Source: Hydrolagus affinis (Eukaryota). Taken from it: a stretch of 64,000 nucleotides of DNA. The DNA is taken from assembly GCA_012026655.1 (NCBI GenBank), contig JAAILG010001075.1:1-64000 (forward strand), given 5' to 3'. The translations under genes were made by a program, and so were the position numbers. Under the pieces are notes generated by a model, which saw only the letters and a program-made list of their open reading frames with translations, was not told the origin of the DNA and ran no database searches. Shown piece after piece: positions 24,504 to 37,200 of this stretch. Position 1 is the stretch's first letter; each line of letters begins with the position of its first letter.

Positions 24504-27500
24504 GTGAGGATCTTTTGCAACTTAAAAATTTTCACCTCATCTCCGACGGGATCACAGAGCACATACCATCCCGATCATCCCATCCAGTGATGTCACTGGG
24601 GCAAATTAAGAGTGCTTGTGCCTTTTTGTTTGTTTGTGGTACTGTTCCTTTCTCACGTTGTCCTGTGTTCTCTTAGCTCATGTTATCCATTTATAGGAGC
24701 ATAAATGCACTAGTTTTGAAATTGTACTGACTCTTCTATCATCATCGTTTTTCACTTTAAAGAATAAAAACTCTGCCTTACTAAGAATCTATCAGCAAAG
24801 CATGTGTAATCCTTTGAAGACTGGAGGAGCACTTCTGCATCAAACTACAATGTTTGTACTTGTTTGACAAGATTGATTCCAGTGGCAATTAGCACTTGTC
24901 AGTGAATTAACACAAACAGAAATATTAGTCTGCAACCCAAAGCATATTTCTTCTTTATTTGGGAGGTTTCTTTACGAGTATGCTTGAATCCCAATAAACA
25001 TAGCTTGTCAAGAAATAGTAGACTTTAATTAGGTTACAATAAATTGCACACAGTAACAATATGAGTATTTCTGTACCACAACCAATTTATGTTCAATTTT
25101 CAATAGATTAAACCAAATTTAATGGATAAAGTCTCAAATACAGTAGTAAGAAAACAAATCTTACTAGTCAAAGTTGATTATGCGTCTACCCTGGGCTGTT
25201 CTCCCTCAGTCAAACAGGATCATACAGCAAATGTGCATTGAACAATACAAATACCTCATAAAGAGGATGGATGATTTGGCACACTTTCCCTCTATACATG
25301 GGAGGTGGAATTGCACTCAGTCCAGACTGATGGGGTCAGAGCTATCTGATTCGGAATGAGTCAGTTGTTAGTAGTCTTGAGTACATACCATAGCAGTGTC
25401 CATCTGCTCTAGTTGGATTAATAGAATTCTCACCCTGGTAGAGTCAAGATTTTCTTCTGATATTCAGTGTAAAGACACATTGTTTGGGCAGATCTTAGAT
25501 AACTGAACCCTATGCAATTTCATGCCATTTACCAGTCCTGTAGTGCTTACTGTTGCAACTGGGTACAAAACTGAGAGGAGAGAATACTTCTCACCTTAAT
25601 TTATACAACAATTCACCAATCCATGTAAATGGTGAAGAGGAAGGATGGGTAGAGACCATTTTATGCAATAGTATTACTCTGGTAGTGTAGTTGTTTGGGA
25701 CATTAAATTCCAAGGGTGTACTTATCTGGTATTGAATGTATTGATTCATTGTCAAGTATAACCATTGGTATGAACATTGCGGCACTTTATTTTACTTTGT
25801 GAATTTGGTGCATTTTGATTTTGTTAATTTTGTGATTGATTGGGCATTGGAAGCTAACACTTTCTAAAAACTGAACATTTTGAAAGCTCCAGAGGACATC
25901 CAGCACTCAAAGGATTAACAAAGATATAGGGGACATGCAGTGTTGATAGCTGAAACCCCCCACACAGGAAGGGATCTGCATAGTGTCATCCAAGGTGTCA
26001 AACCTCGAATTTGCTTAGAATTAAAGATGGTGGTAGAAAACGTCAGTCATTTTTATTAACATTACAGACATTTTCTTAACAGTTTCAAAAACATGTTCCC
26101 ATCTGAAAATATTTCACCTAAAATTCATACACTTGAAACTGTTTAACACATATTGCACTTGTATTTTATAGTGCAGTTTGGTGTCTATGACTCACAACAT
26201 TTGACTGCAAATGCAGAGAATCACTGACATCCTCCTAGGAACGAACCCACTGACACTAACCTCTCTTGCCTTATATCTGATTGTTAGCCTGTAATTAACC
26301 TTTGTGTGTTCACTGTCAAAAGCTCTGTGTTACCACGTCACAGCACTGTGTTTGTCTTGCAATTGTAATTCAATACAACCAAATGTAGCTTTCAAGTTAG
26401 GTGTAATATGGTTTACGTCAGAGAAGCACTGAAGATCATTTCACTTTGAATGGAAAATATATCACTAAAAGTTGTACAAAATTTGTGCGCTGAAAGTAAG
26501 TTGCGGTTTTCACTATTCTTTTGTAGTGAATGAGATAGTTAATTGAATATGATTCATGTTTCAGCATAGTATATAAGTCTCCATAAACTCTTAGCAATTC
26601 GACAGTGTCAATTATCTGAATATCCAACGGTAAATACACAAAATTTCTCTTTATAAATTACAGTACTTGGGTTACTATGATGATGTATAAAGGGAAAAGT
26701 CCTTCGTAGGCTTGCCAGTGTCACAATCATTACACTTTGTGGCAAGAGGAATTTCTGCTAGTTTTACAGTCCTTCCTGTACTGTATTCTTCAGTGCCTGT
26801 GTTACAATTTGAAATACAGGTAAGTAATCTGATGAGAAACAATCTGCAGATTGAATATGTTTAAGGAACCTTTTTCATACGTTAAGGGATTAATCTCTCC
26901 CCTTGAAACTTCTCTTTCTCCTCTTCTTCTCCTCCCCCTTCAATCTCCCCCACCCACCACCCCCACACACACACTGAATTTGACTGGGGAGAATTTGACC
27001 CTAGGTTAGGTCACAGATTGTCTTTCTTTAACCAGAATCACGTGCGGCATTAATGAGAGGTACTGATTTGTATGATATATGTAGTAATCTCTATAAATAG
27101 GCGCACAAATCTGCCCGTTTATATTGTGCTGGGATTTACCGTTTTACAAGAAGCCAATATACGAAAAAAGAACGATTCTTTAAAGCTGAAAGAATTTTGA
27201 TTCCTGAGAAGTTGTATAAAGATGTTTACATTGCACAAGGTGGTCTACAGTGACATTCAGTTTGAAAACTATCTAATGGGAATTACCCTCAACACAAAAT
27301 GCGGCTGTTATTATATTGGAACTACGTGATACCTGCAAAGCACTAATTGTAGCCTTTTACCACAACTCTTATTTTTTTTTAAAAATCAAGAAGATTCATT
27401 TTCTGCTGAGGTTCATATTCAGTAAAATATGTATCATAAAAACTGGCAACAAGATGTGTCATCTTCAAAACCCCAAAGGTCAGCTATTTCCTTATTTGCC

Positions 27501-28056
27501 ATCATTTATCTATCTTTACACCAATGAGTGCCATATGCATGACGGAAATAGTACATAGCTTGTTGCATTGGTTGTATGCTCATGTCCAAGCAGTAAGTAC
27601 TTGAACTAAAATTTCTCTCGTTTTTTTATCCATGTGTGTTTGTACAAAGGTGAACTAAGTAAAAAGTGAACAGAAGGTTGCGCGGTTCTCAATACTGTTG
27701 TAGTTGGAGCAGGTTAGGGAATTAAACAGTTTGTTCAGAGTGACTGGCTGCCCGACGAGCCTCGAAATGACCATGTAGAGGAACCATTCCCCCACAGATC
27801 ACAGCCGTGCCAAATGGACGCTGGACCTTTTGTTGCCGACAGTAAATCATAAATCAATGGCTGGTAAATATCGTGGCTGACATTCCAAAAAAAGTTTTCA
27901 CTTTCTTTTCTATTTTTTTTGGAACCACACCAAGATCAGCTGAATCAGGATCTGAAGGGGGTTGAAAGTTGCTGTATTTGCATTTCTTAAGTGGTGTAAC
28001 AGTGTCTCCATTCAGTTTTGAAATACTGATAGCTAAACCCTCTGTTTTCTGCACAG

Positions 28057-28128
28057 CCACAGACAAACAACAGCAAAAACAACGTAGTAAGCAGTCCAAA
28101 AGAAAACATTTCTTCACCAGCCACAATG
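28057..28128 (+). CDS. CAMK2G: Variable-linker cassette exon: PQTNNSKNNVVSSPKENISSPATM
   Basis: gcacag| ... atg|gtacct, 72 nt, phase 0 to 0. Homologous to the PQSNNK../PQTNST../INNKANVVTSPKENI.. cassettes. Confidence 0.92.
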
Positions 28129-29195
28129 GTACCTGCTGAATTCTTTGTTTCCTTCATGTTGTAACTTTGTTTTAGTGAAGTCACCTTTCTTTTTATTTAT
28201 TTTTGGGTGGGGGGACAGTCAATTCCTCAATTATTCCTTCCCCTCCTCCTCCTTCCTCTGGATTATGCTAAATGTTTGCCAAATTTTCTTTTAAACCCAA
28301 AACATTAAGGAATATTTGTGCTAATTTTCTCAGTTTCTGATAATTGTTGGAAGAGTTAACCTGTTTGGAAACATTAGTTTTTTGTGCACTTAAAGGGGAT
28401 AAGCATTGGATGTAGCAAATACTGTGTGTACATTTTTAACTGAAGGTTGATTGATGCTAAATAAGGAAATGTGAGGTTTGAAAAGTGCACAATGTTTGGA
28501 GAGAAAATAAGTCCTGTTCACAGGAACTGCTCCAATAAAAGATACATTTTGCTTTGGAAGTAAAGCAACAGGACTATTTAAGTTTAGAATGCCATTGTCC
28601 TGTACATATTTACAAGCAACTAGTCCAGCACAAGTAAAGCAAACTAGGAAACAAGTCTATGGAATTTGCTGTTACATATTCTTTTGTGGCTTAAATCACT
28701 CTCGACTTTGCCCACACAATATGGCAAACTGTGGGATGGTTGATTGGTGATAACTAAGCCCAATATGAATAATATAGGTACATTCTTACAGAGTCTGTGT
28801 TTTACTTTGGCGCTACAATTAACTTACTTAGTACAGCCAATAAAGCTCATAAGAGATTAAAGCAGATTTGTGAACCTCAGAGTCCGGTGGGGATATTAGT
28901 CAGTACTTTGGAATGTAAATATTTGCTGTGAGGTCCTCAGACTAGTTATTCAGCCATTGGATGTTTAACATTTCAGGTCAACAGGTTTCCTTTTATACTA
29001 ATAGCAGGAGAGATTTGAACCATTGGAATTCAACTTTGTTTTAGTGTTAGTATTTTGGCATAACATTCAGGTTGACATTTTTTGACTTAGACAAACTATT
29101 TGTACTGAGGTACTTTTTTAAAAATGATAAAGTAAAGATTTGTGCATAAAGATTTACCACATAATACTAACTTCTTTCCTGTCTTGCTTATTCAG

Positions 29196-29240
29196 GAGCC
29201 ACAAACAACTGTAGTCCATAATCCCTCAGATGGCATTAAG
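29196..29240 (+). CDS. CAMK2G: Linker exon: EPQTTVVHNPSDGIK
   Basis: Perfect tactaac branch point at 29166, attcag| ... aag|gtaccc, 45 nt, phase 0 to 0. Confidence 0.95.
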
Positions 29241-30878
29241 GTACCCGTTTCGTGTCCATTTGTCAAACCAGTAACAAAACACGCCTTTGTTTGTACGTTT
29301 TAAATAGCTGTGAATAATTCATCTTTTATGTTTAGTCTTCATCAAGTTGTCAGGCACACATTTTACTGAGCAGATATAGAATTGGTACATTCTTGTGCTG
29401 GTAGAACAACCCGCTCTTAGCAAAAAAAAAATTGTATTTAAAACTATTTTGAGGAAATAATCAAGTGTCAGTCTAGCTCATCTCTGAGGTAGAGACTGTG
29501 GGAAAGCTTTGTTTTTTGGAGATGCCGTGTTTCAGGCGACACATTAAATCTTTTCAGGAGGATGTGAAGGAAGAAAATAATGCCGTTCAAAGCGAGAATG
29601 GAGATTCAGGTGGAATGCTGGCCAGGTCTCCAGATCAATTTGTCTAGAAGCTGTTTGTAGAGCCTTTCAGGCACAAACTGCTGCAGTATTTGGCAACAAA
29701 AATAGATACTGCTCGATAAAGCTGCATTGCTCATGTCAGTATAAAGTCTGCTCAAGTGTTAACGTGAATGGAAAGCCTGTGCAGTTTAAAAGTGGCATGT
29801 CTTGAATGGTAGAATTCCTGTTCTTATTTCCCTGCTGACTGTAAACTGCAGTTTTCTTGAGAGCGCAGTACCGAGCTGTCTAACTGAAATCTGGTAAAAC
29901 TCCCCAATGAAGGCAATCGGCAGCTGTGTTACTAAAACATCAAATCATCCATTTGGGGGAAGCTGGAGATGTAACTGTTGAGCTCTTGACTACCATGAGG
30001 TCTTTCATTGATATTTTAACTGTGTGAATTACTTAACTTTCTCACAGTATTTTAGCACATTGGACCGAACAATATACAGTACTGTGTATTCCTGAGTAAG
30101 TGTGGGTGCTGGGTGCACACTACACTGAGCAAAGTACAGGGGACTCTGCTATAACTGAGCCATTAAAAGACCTTCCATGAAGAACACCTGTTTCTGTTTA
30201 AGCTCATAGCCTGAAACAGAGAAGATGCTGGAGACATAATCATTTTCTACAAGCTTGACTCAAGCATGTATCTTCTGTATCTAGTTGTTATAATGTGGCT
30301 TCATTGTATAATTTATCACTCAGTGAATACTCACAGCTGTTGAAAGTGGAATTTGTTCTATGCAAATGGAACTTTCATGAATAAAAATGCGAATGTTTAA
30401 GCCAATGGTCTCATACCAATATCCAAAGGGGCTTGCTTATCATTCGAGTGTCCGGGAAGTGGCAATTTAATTTAGATTTAGAGACAAGTACAGACTAAAT
30501 CGTGCTGCATCATTGCATTTGAACACAGAAAACTTGTTGCTTTATGCCAATAATAGTAAGGAGCCGTGGGAATTAAGTAAGCACTGAATCATTATTACAG
30601 ATGAACCCACGATGCTTTAATGCGTTGAAACTGTTAAATATTTATGATCCCATAAAATCACCGTTAGAAGCAGTAACATGCCTTGTTATTTTTTTTGTGG
30701 ACATCTCATTCCTAAAACACCTGAATAAGCAAAGTAGATTAAAACATGCAAAATTTGCCCTCAAAACAACTTGTGTGATATAGAATTCTAATACGTTCCT
30801 ATTAATTTCTGCAACATGTATTCCAATTTCAGATCATTGAGTGTTGCACATTTTTGTAACCTCAAATGCCTTAATTCA

Positions 30879-30941
30879 GCACCTTGGGACGTCCTCCTGA
30901 CGTGAAAGACGCATTATAAATATAATTTTGTTGTTGTTGTT
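30879..30941 (+). mobile_element. Very short L2-type 3' tail
   Basis: gcaccttgggacgtcctcctgacgtgaaagacgcattataaa...(ttg)n. Confidence 0.75.
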
Positions 30942-33900
30942 AATTAATTACAGCTAAATTCAAATTCGAAGAGGTTCGGGGATAATAAAGCATCCCTGAA
31001 CCTCTTCCAGACATGAATCAGTTTAACAACTCTCCCATTCCACAGCTGCAAGTGGTGTAGGTGGAGAGCAGTGTATGAATATCAGGGTTTTACTATTACT
31101 TCAGTATTATTAATATCTTCATCATTTTAAGCCTCTGGCTACACTATAAAACAATGCTCAAGTGACTGTACTGACAACTAGTTGTCGCTCATAGTGCAGC
31201 CCAGGCTTTTTATTTGGAAATTCTTTAGATTTTCCACTAAAGGGCTCCAGAAGATTCCCTATTAGGGAAGTATCTGCTTGGTTCCATTCCTGTGTCTTTC
31301 ATGAGTTGGTGACTCATCCGTTAAATCTGCCATAACAGATATGTATTGCAGCGCCATTTTCACAACAGCCACATATTCCTGATTTCAGAAGCTGCGTGAT
31401 CTAATGGGCGTTGAAATACAGTTTGAAAGTATCATTAAAAGTCAAAGAACAATTCAAAACAATTAAGTAAATCCAATCAAACTTATCTTGGTGACCGAAT
31501 ACAGAATGTCTGGAAGCCATGGAGCTATTGATAGGAAAGAGGTAATTTTTTTTGATCCAGTTATTCCTAGCTTTGCCTTTTTGCCAATAAGGCCATCTCT
31601 ACTAGCAAAGAAGCCTGTGGATTCGCAGCCTCTCACCTGGTGATGGTACTGTTGTGAACAATGAAGGGGAGATGCTCTTACCCACATGTGACCAAAACCA
31701 GATTAAATTCAGATCATTAGTTTGATTAAAACAGACCCATCACATCACAATCAAACCACAGTCATTAGTTTACCACCAAACTCGTATGACAGCAAAATAC
31801 CTCACCTAGTTAGAAATACTGACAAGAGTGGTCGCAGTTGGCTTGTCCGACAAGTTTCCGCTGATCGTCATAAAAGTATGTCACACCTGGATCCATAGGA
31901 CATCCATGTTATAAGAATGGGTTGTTTATTCTGGAGATATGTTGAAAGAACATCCTACTGATGTATCAGTGATGTGTGCATTGGGTAAAGCAATATTCAC
32001 ATAGGTGTGTAACTGAGGGTAACAGCTTGCATTTCAGCACATTAGTCATAGAGACTCTGCTTGAACGAAACACACTGCTGGTTTTGATGTTTTCTTATAT
32101 GAATGTGCTAATTTGCCAAAATAAAATGCCTTTGAATTACATTAGGCATTTGCACCTTGACAAAATGTGTTGTGAAACTCAGCTAAACGCTGCATGTGCA
32201 TTTGGTGTATTTCAAGACATTTGTCCAGCCTACACAGCGAATCTGATACTAGACCTTCTGAATTAATAATTCACTGCTCTCTTTCGCATAAGCAGAGCAC
32301 TAAACTAAAGGCATAAATGAATGTTTAATCGAGTAGTTAATTACCTGGCTTCTATGAACAAAATAAAATCTTGTTTTATTCTAAATAATAGTGCTAATGA
32401 AGTTCTCAAAGGATTAAATTAACAAATTGGATACAAACACATGCTGAAGTAAATGTATAGAAACTTTCGATGTTTTTCAATGCTTTGTAAGTTATGTAGA
32501 ACTAACCCTTTTTGTTAAGAAGTGTCATGTTTGGAAGTTTTACAGAAGGGTTGAAACAGGTTGAGAAACAAAGATCTTCCAATGGTTTTAGAACTGCTTT
32601 AGGAAATAATCTGTTGCCTTTTCGTGCCATTTATAAAAAAAAGCATTCAGGTTTGCTGCAAAGATTAACACAGCTATGTTTTCTTCCACCATAAATATTT
32701 ATTAACCAATGCCATTTATTGCATTAATAATAAAGCATTGACCATCAGCGATTGCATAAATGATAAACTCTAGATAAAATGCAAATGTTCATTACACATG
32801 AAGCGTATGGCAAAAACACTCTTTATATGTATATTTCATGAATATTAAGTAACAAAGAGATATTTTCTACTATGAGTTTTTCTTGAAAGTAACTGCTCTG
32901 TAAAAGCATGGTGACCAAGGTAACTACAGAAACTGGGAGCTTTTACAGGATGGGATTAAACTATCAAATCTGTCCTTTGGCAAGTGTCTTCCACTCCTGG
33001 GAAATACAAGGAAATACAATTCTCAAATTTCCATGCACCAGTGAACAGATGTGAACAGTTATCAGCACCAATTTGTTTCAATGTTTGTCAAATTCAAGCA
33101 ATGTTTCCTCAATAATAACAATCATTTTCCAGTTCAAAATTCAGATTATTTTCAGCATCAAACAGGTACATCATTCCAGTCTGAACTGTATGTAACCCAG
33201 AATATAGGACAATTTTAAGTACTATAATGACTACAATGACTTTAGCACAGTCATCTCCCTAACTTTCAGTAGCATTATTGAAATAAATGCTTCAATTTGG
33301 TGTACAAGTCGAAAGCCTCAAAATCTAAATGAAGGATAAGTAGACAATGGGGGTGGGAGGATTCTCAGATCATTAGTAGCTTTCCATATGGAGCAGCATA
33401 AATTGGTTAACACCCCCTGAATTTTCACATGCCACATTATAAGTACATCAGCCAAAACAGTGTGTCAGCCCAAAGTCAACAATTGTAATACAGCACACAG
33501 CCAATTGCACAACGAAAGTACAGTGAGAACACAGGTGTTGAACATACACTCCTATCTCAACCGGGATAGACTCTGAGAGAGAGATAAATAAAAAGCACGT
33601 AGGGATTACCTTTTCAAAATGAAGATTGCAAATATTCATTAACATTAGAATGCTTCACACTATTTGAAATATTAATTTACAATCTTCAACAGTATTTCCC
33701 CATAAGCTGCAACCTTCTGGCAGCCCTTGTATAAATCCTTTCATGTACATTTTTTACATTTGATGGTGCCTAATCTCAGATTTTGCATGTCATGGTCTGT
33801 GCACATCTTTTTCTGAGCTTTGCCACGTGGTTTGATGCTGGTGTTTCACTCACTGAAACACTGTGTGCTGATCATAAATGACACATTTGGGTTTGTTGGA

Positions 33901-36076
33901 ATAGGCATTCATTATATAAATTAAATGCAGTTGATGTCAGCAATATCATCAGCAACACAATAGAGAGTTTTAAGTAAACATATGATAAGTGAATAAATTT
34001 TTCTGCAAATCTACTTCAAATGAACGTAAACCATGCTCCCATTGTATTTGTGCTACCAGCTGAATACGTTTAGGAGCAAACTCGCTTTTTGTCTTAGATC
34101 ACTGACATTAAATGTTTTATAGAATTTGAGAAACATACACAACGCTGTGAAGTGGGGGATGGCAAGGAGTGCTATACAGTAATTGTGAAGAGTTTATGTA
34201 TCCCACAGGTTTTACGTTTAATGGATTTATACCATTGCAAAATAGTTTTTTTTAGCCAGCCAGATATCTGACTTACCCAGAACGCCATCATGGATTTAAG
34301 TCTCAAACCCCAACCTCTGTGCACATATGTATGCTGTTCGATTATCTGATGTGGAGTGCACAGAGGGACACGGCTATGAGAAGAAGATGTCTAATGCTTG
34401 ATTAATCTCACTAATCTCTTGACTAATTTAAGTACATGTTGGCAAACGGGCAAGGCTTGAACAGAGTGTTCACTGGGGTACTGCTGAACAGTCCACATCA
34501 CACAGCTTACCATTGCAGAACACTGGTTAGCATCCTGATGCTTGTCCAGCTCGTACCAAGTAGCTTCATCTAGTGCTGTCGCTCAACATGAGTTCATGAT
34601 TAAAAGAGAAGTTCTCTGCTAAATTGCAAGATTCTGGTTGCATTGTATAAGTCACAGATTTGCTTGGACCAAAGCTATTAGTCAAGATGATAGAACCTTG
34701 ACCTTTACCAACAGATAAGAAAATGTCATTGCGAAAAGATGAATTGTATCCTGGCATTCCATCAGAAGATATGAATATAGGTGTACATATAGAAGATATT
34801 ATTTAAAAATCAACAATTCTTTTTTATGAATAGTTATGAAGAAAATATAACTGAGTAGTGCTTATTTAGTAACTTGTACTCCATTTAATGATAAAAATTG
34901 CATGTGGTTGGTTCTTAGACAAATACTGTATTGTGAAAATCTAGAAAGTGTGCATTCTGTTCATGACACTTGTTTTTTTCTTAAACATTTGAAACAGTGT
35001 CCAACAAAACAATTGTTTTCTTAATGCATGTGTACAAGGTAGGCCAAGTTGTAATTGGAATGGAGTCTTACCCTTTAAAATATTCACTGGGACTTATAGT
35101 CGGAGTTTAACCACTGTGTTTGCCTACAAAAACTTCTGGTCTGTTAAATTGACTTGAAATCTCTTCTCGTGCACAGTACTACAGTTTTAATTTTAGTTAA
35201 ATATATTCCACGTAGACAAAGGAAAAAATAATTGCTGCCAAATGCTTCAGTTTATCTGATATTTATACTGTACCTGGCTATGGTTTAGGAATATTTAATA
35301 CTAGACATGTACAGTCGCTGATGTCCAAAGTGCAGTATCGGATACAGTGTGCAAAGCTAAATTGTACCCAAACTTCAGGGTTCCTCATTGGCTTTAGTTC
35401 CTTGGAGTTAAAGTTGTGATCACCAGAAACCTGAGTTAATCAGCTTTACCCATCTGAACAAGGGCTGGGTCTGAGCTCCTGAATTCTCCAGTCAAAATGT
35501 GTGGGTATAAATCTCAATAATTTAACAGATTAAATGTGGTTCTTTGTACGATAACAAAATATTTGCTTTCTCCCTAGAATAGTAAGGTATCATAGTTTTA
35601 TATTCTTTCATACTTCTATTTAAACAATGACAATCGTTTTCTTCTTTTGATTAAAACTCAACTTCAGTGTGTTCAATTGCACAAATATTGCCCGTCTTGC
35701 AAACTAATCGAAAAACAATTACCCCAAGGGTTCTTCACCTGTGAAGATCAGTCAGTTTCTGTCCTATGGCCACGTGCATTATTGTGCAGTGATAGCCCCA
35801 AATGGCACTAGTTTACACATTGGAACCTGAAAACGTGTAATATTTGCTTTATTATACTTTGAGCTGCATTCAGTCGTATTCATTTTGGATAGAAACCTGC
35901 TTTGCAACATTGATTATCTGCGGCCTCTGTGATTCACTGCCAGACATGAGTGGATTTACAAAGGATCTCAAATCATCCTTTGTATTTAAGCCCAAAGGTA
36001 TAATAACAGTGTGATGCTTTCTATTCTACTTTCCACTTTAGACAGTAAAAGCTGAAATAAGAACTCAAATTTCATC

Positions 36077-36128
36077 CACAAATATACAGTCGATTCACTT
36101 TACAGTATATTCTGTGAAGCGCTTTGAG
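36077..36128 (+). mobile_element. Internal fragment of the SINE tail
   Basis: ccacaaatatacagtcgattcactttacagtatattctgtgaagcgctttgag closely matches 44002-44054. Confidence 0.75.
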
Positions 36129-37151
36129 TTGTTATCAGAATCTACCAGATGAATGCCATTTACCTCCATTGGCATACAGACATTTTGTTATTTGAGGGGG
36201 AACAATTTTTGCTAAATTTATACAAGATCAGATGTAGCAAACTAAATTATGCAAATTCCACTGACCCAATAATATTGGGAACATCAGTCCATTATGCCTC
36301 ACAGAAAAGGTGTTCATTGACAGGGAGATAGGAATGATCGCACATTTCACACTTGACCTTCTTATCCTTACCCCAGGACACTGCCCCCACCACCCTCCCC
36401 ACACCCTTCCACACACACATGTCATTTGCAGAAGCCCAGGAGCAGATTGTCTCCTCACACTTTCAATTAGAATTGGATGACTTTCAGGAAGAAGATCCAG
36501 TAATTCCAATCTTTATTGGACTGTTCATTAATAAGAACAAAATGCATAATAACTTTATATAAATTTAAAAAATTAAATCCCTAATTTCTAAAACATGTGA
36601 GAGCTGTGCAGTTGTGCAATTATGTCAGTAACATAAGATTTAGAGTGAAAACCAGTCATCCTTTTCCCTGAGTAGATAGTTATTGTATTGATGGTAACAT
36701 TGACAATACTTGTAGTAAACATAAGGATTATACCATTTAATTTCCTGCCTTGAAAAACATCACATGATTCTGCTGCCTCGTTGAAAGGTAAAGACTCATG
36801 TATTCTATACACTGAGCTATGAAACGATCACCGTAATGTTGTCAGTCTTTGCTGAAATCTCACAACATACACTGCATCACTGGATGATTTAACAGTTTGT
36901 CCAAATATGGGGCAATTGCAGAAGTGAAAACCTGCACACCTAAAAGTACTTTTAATTTGCTTCCATTTTACATCAAAACTTTGAAAGCCTATTAAAACAT
37001 TATTTCTAATGTGGAAATTAGAATTTTTCAACTGTGTGAGATTAGAAAAGAAGCAAAATTTCTCTCAAGTTCTGTATGAAATGCTATACCATTTGATGGA
37101 CTGAATAAACCTGTGATGTGCTGTGGCTAAGACATTGTTTCTCTTCCTTAG

Positions 37152-37200
37152 GAATCAACTGATAGCTGCAATACAACAACTGAAGACGAAGAAGTGAAAG
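37152..37200 (+). CDS. CAMK2G: Linker exon: ESTDSCNTTTEDEEVK
   Basis: ccttag| ... aaag|gtaggg, 49 nt, phase 0 to 1. Confidence 0.95.
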
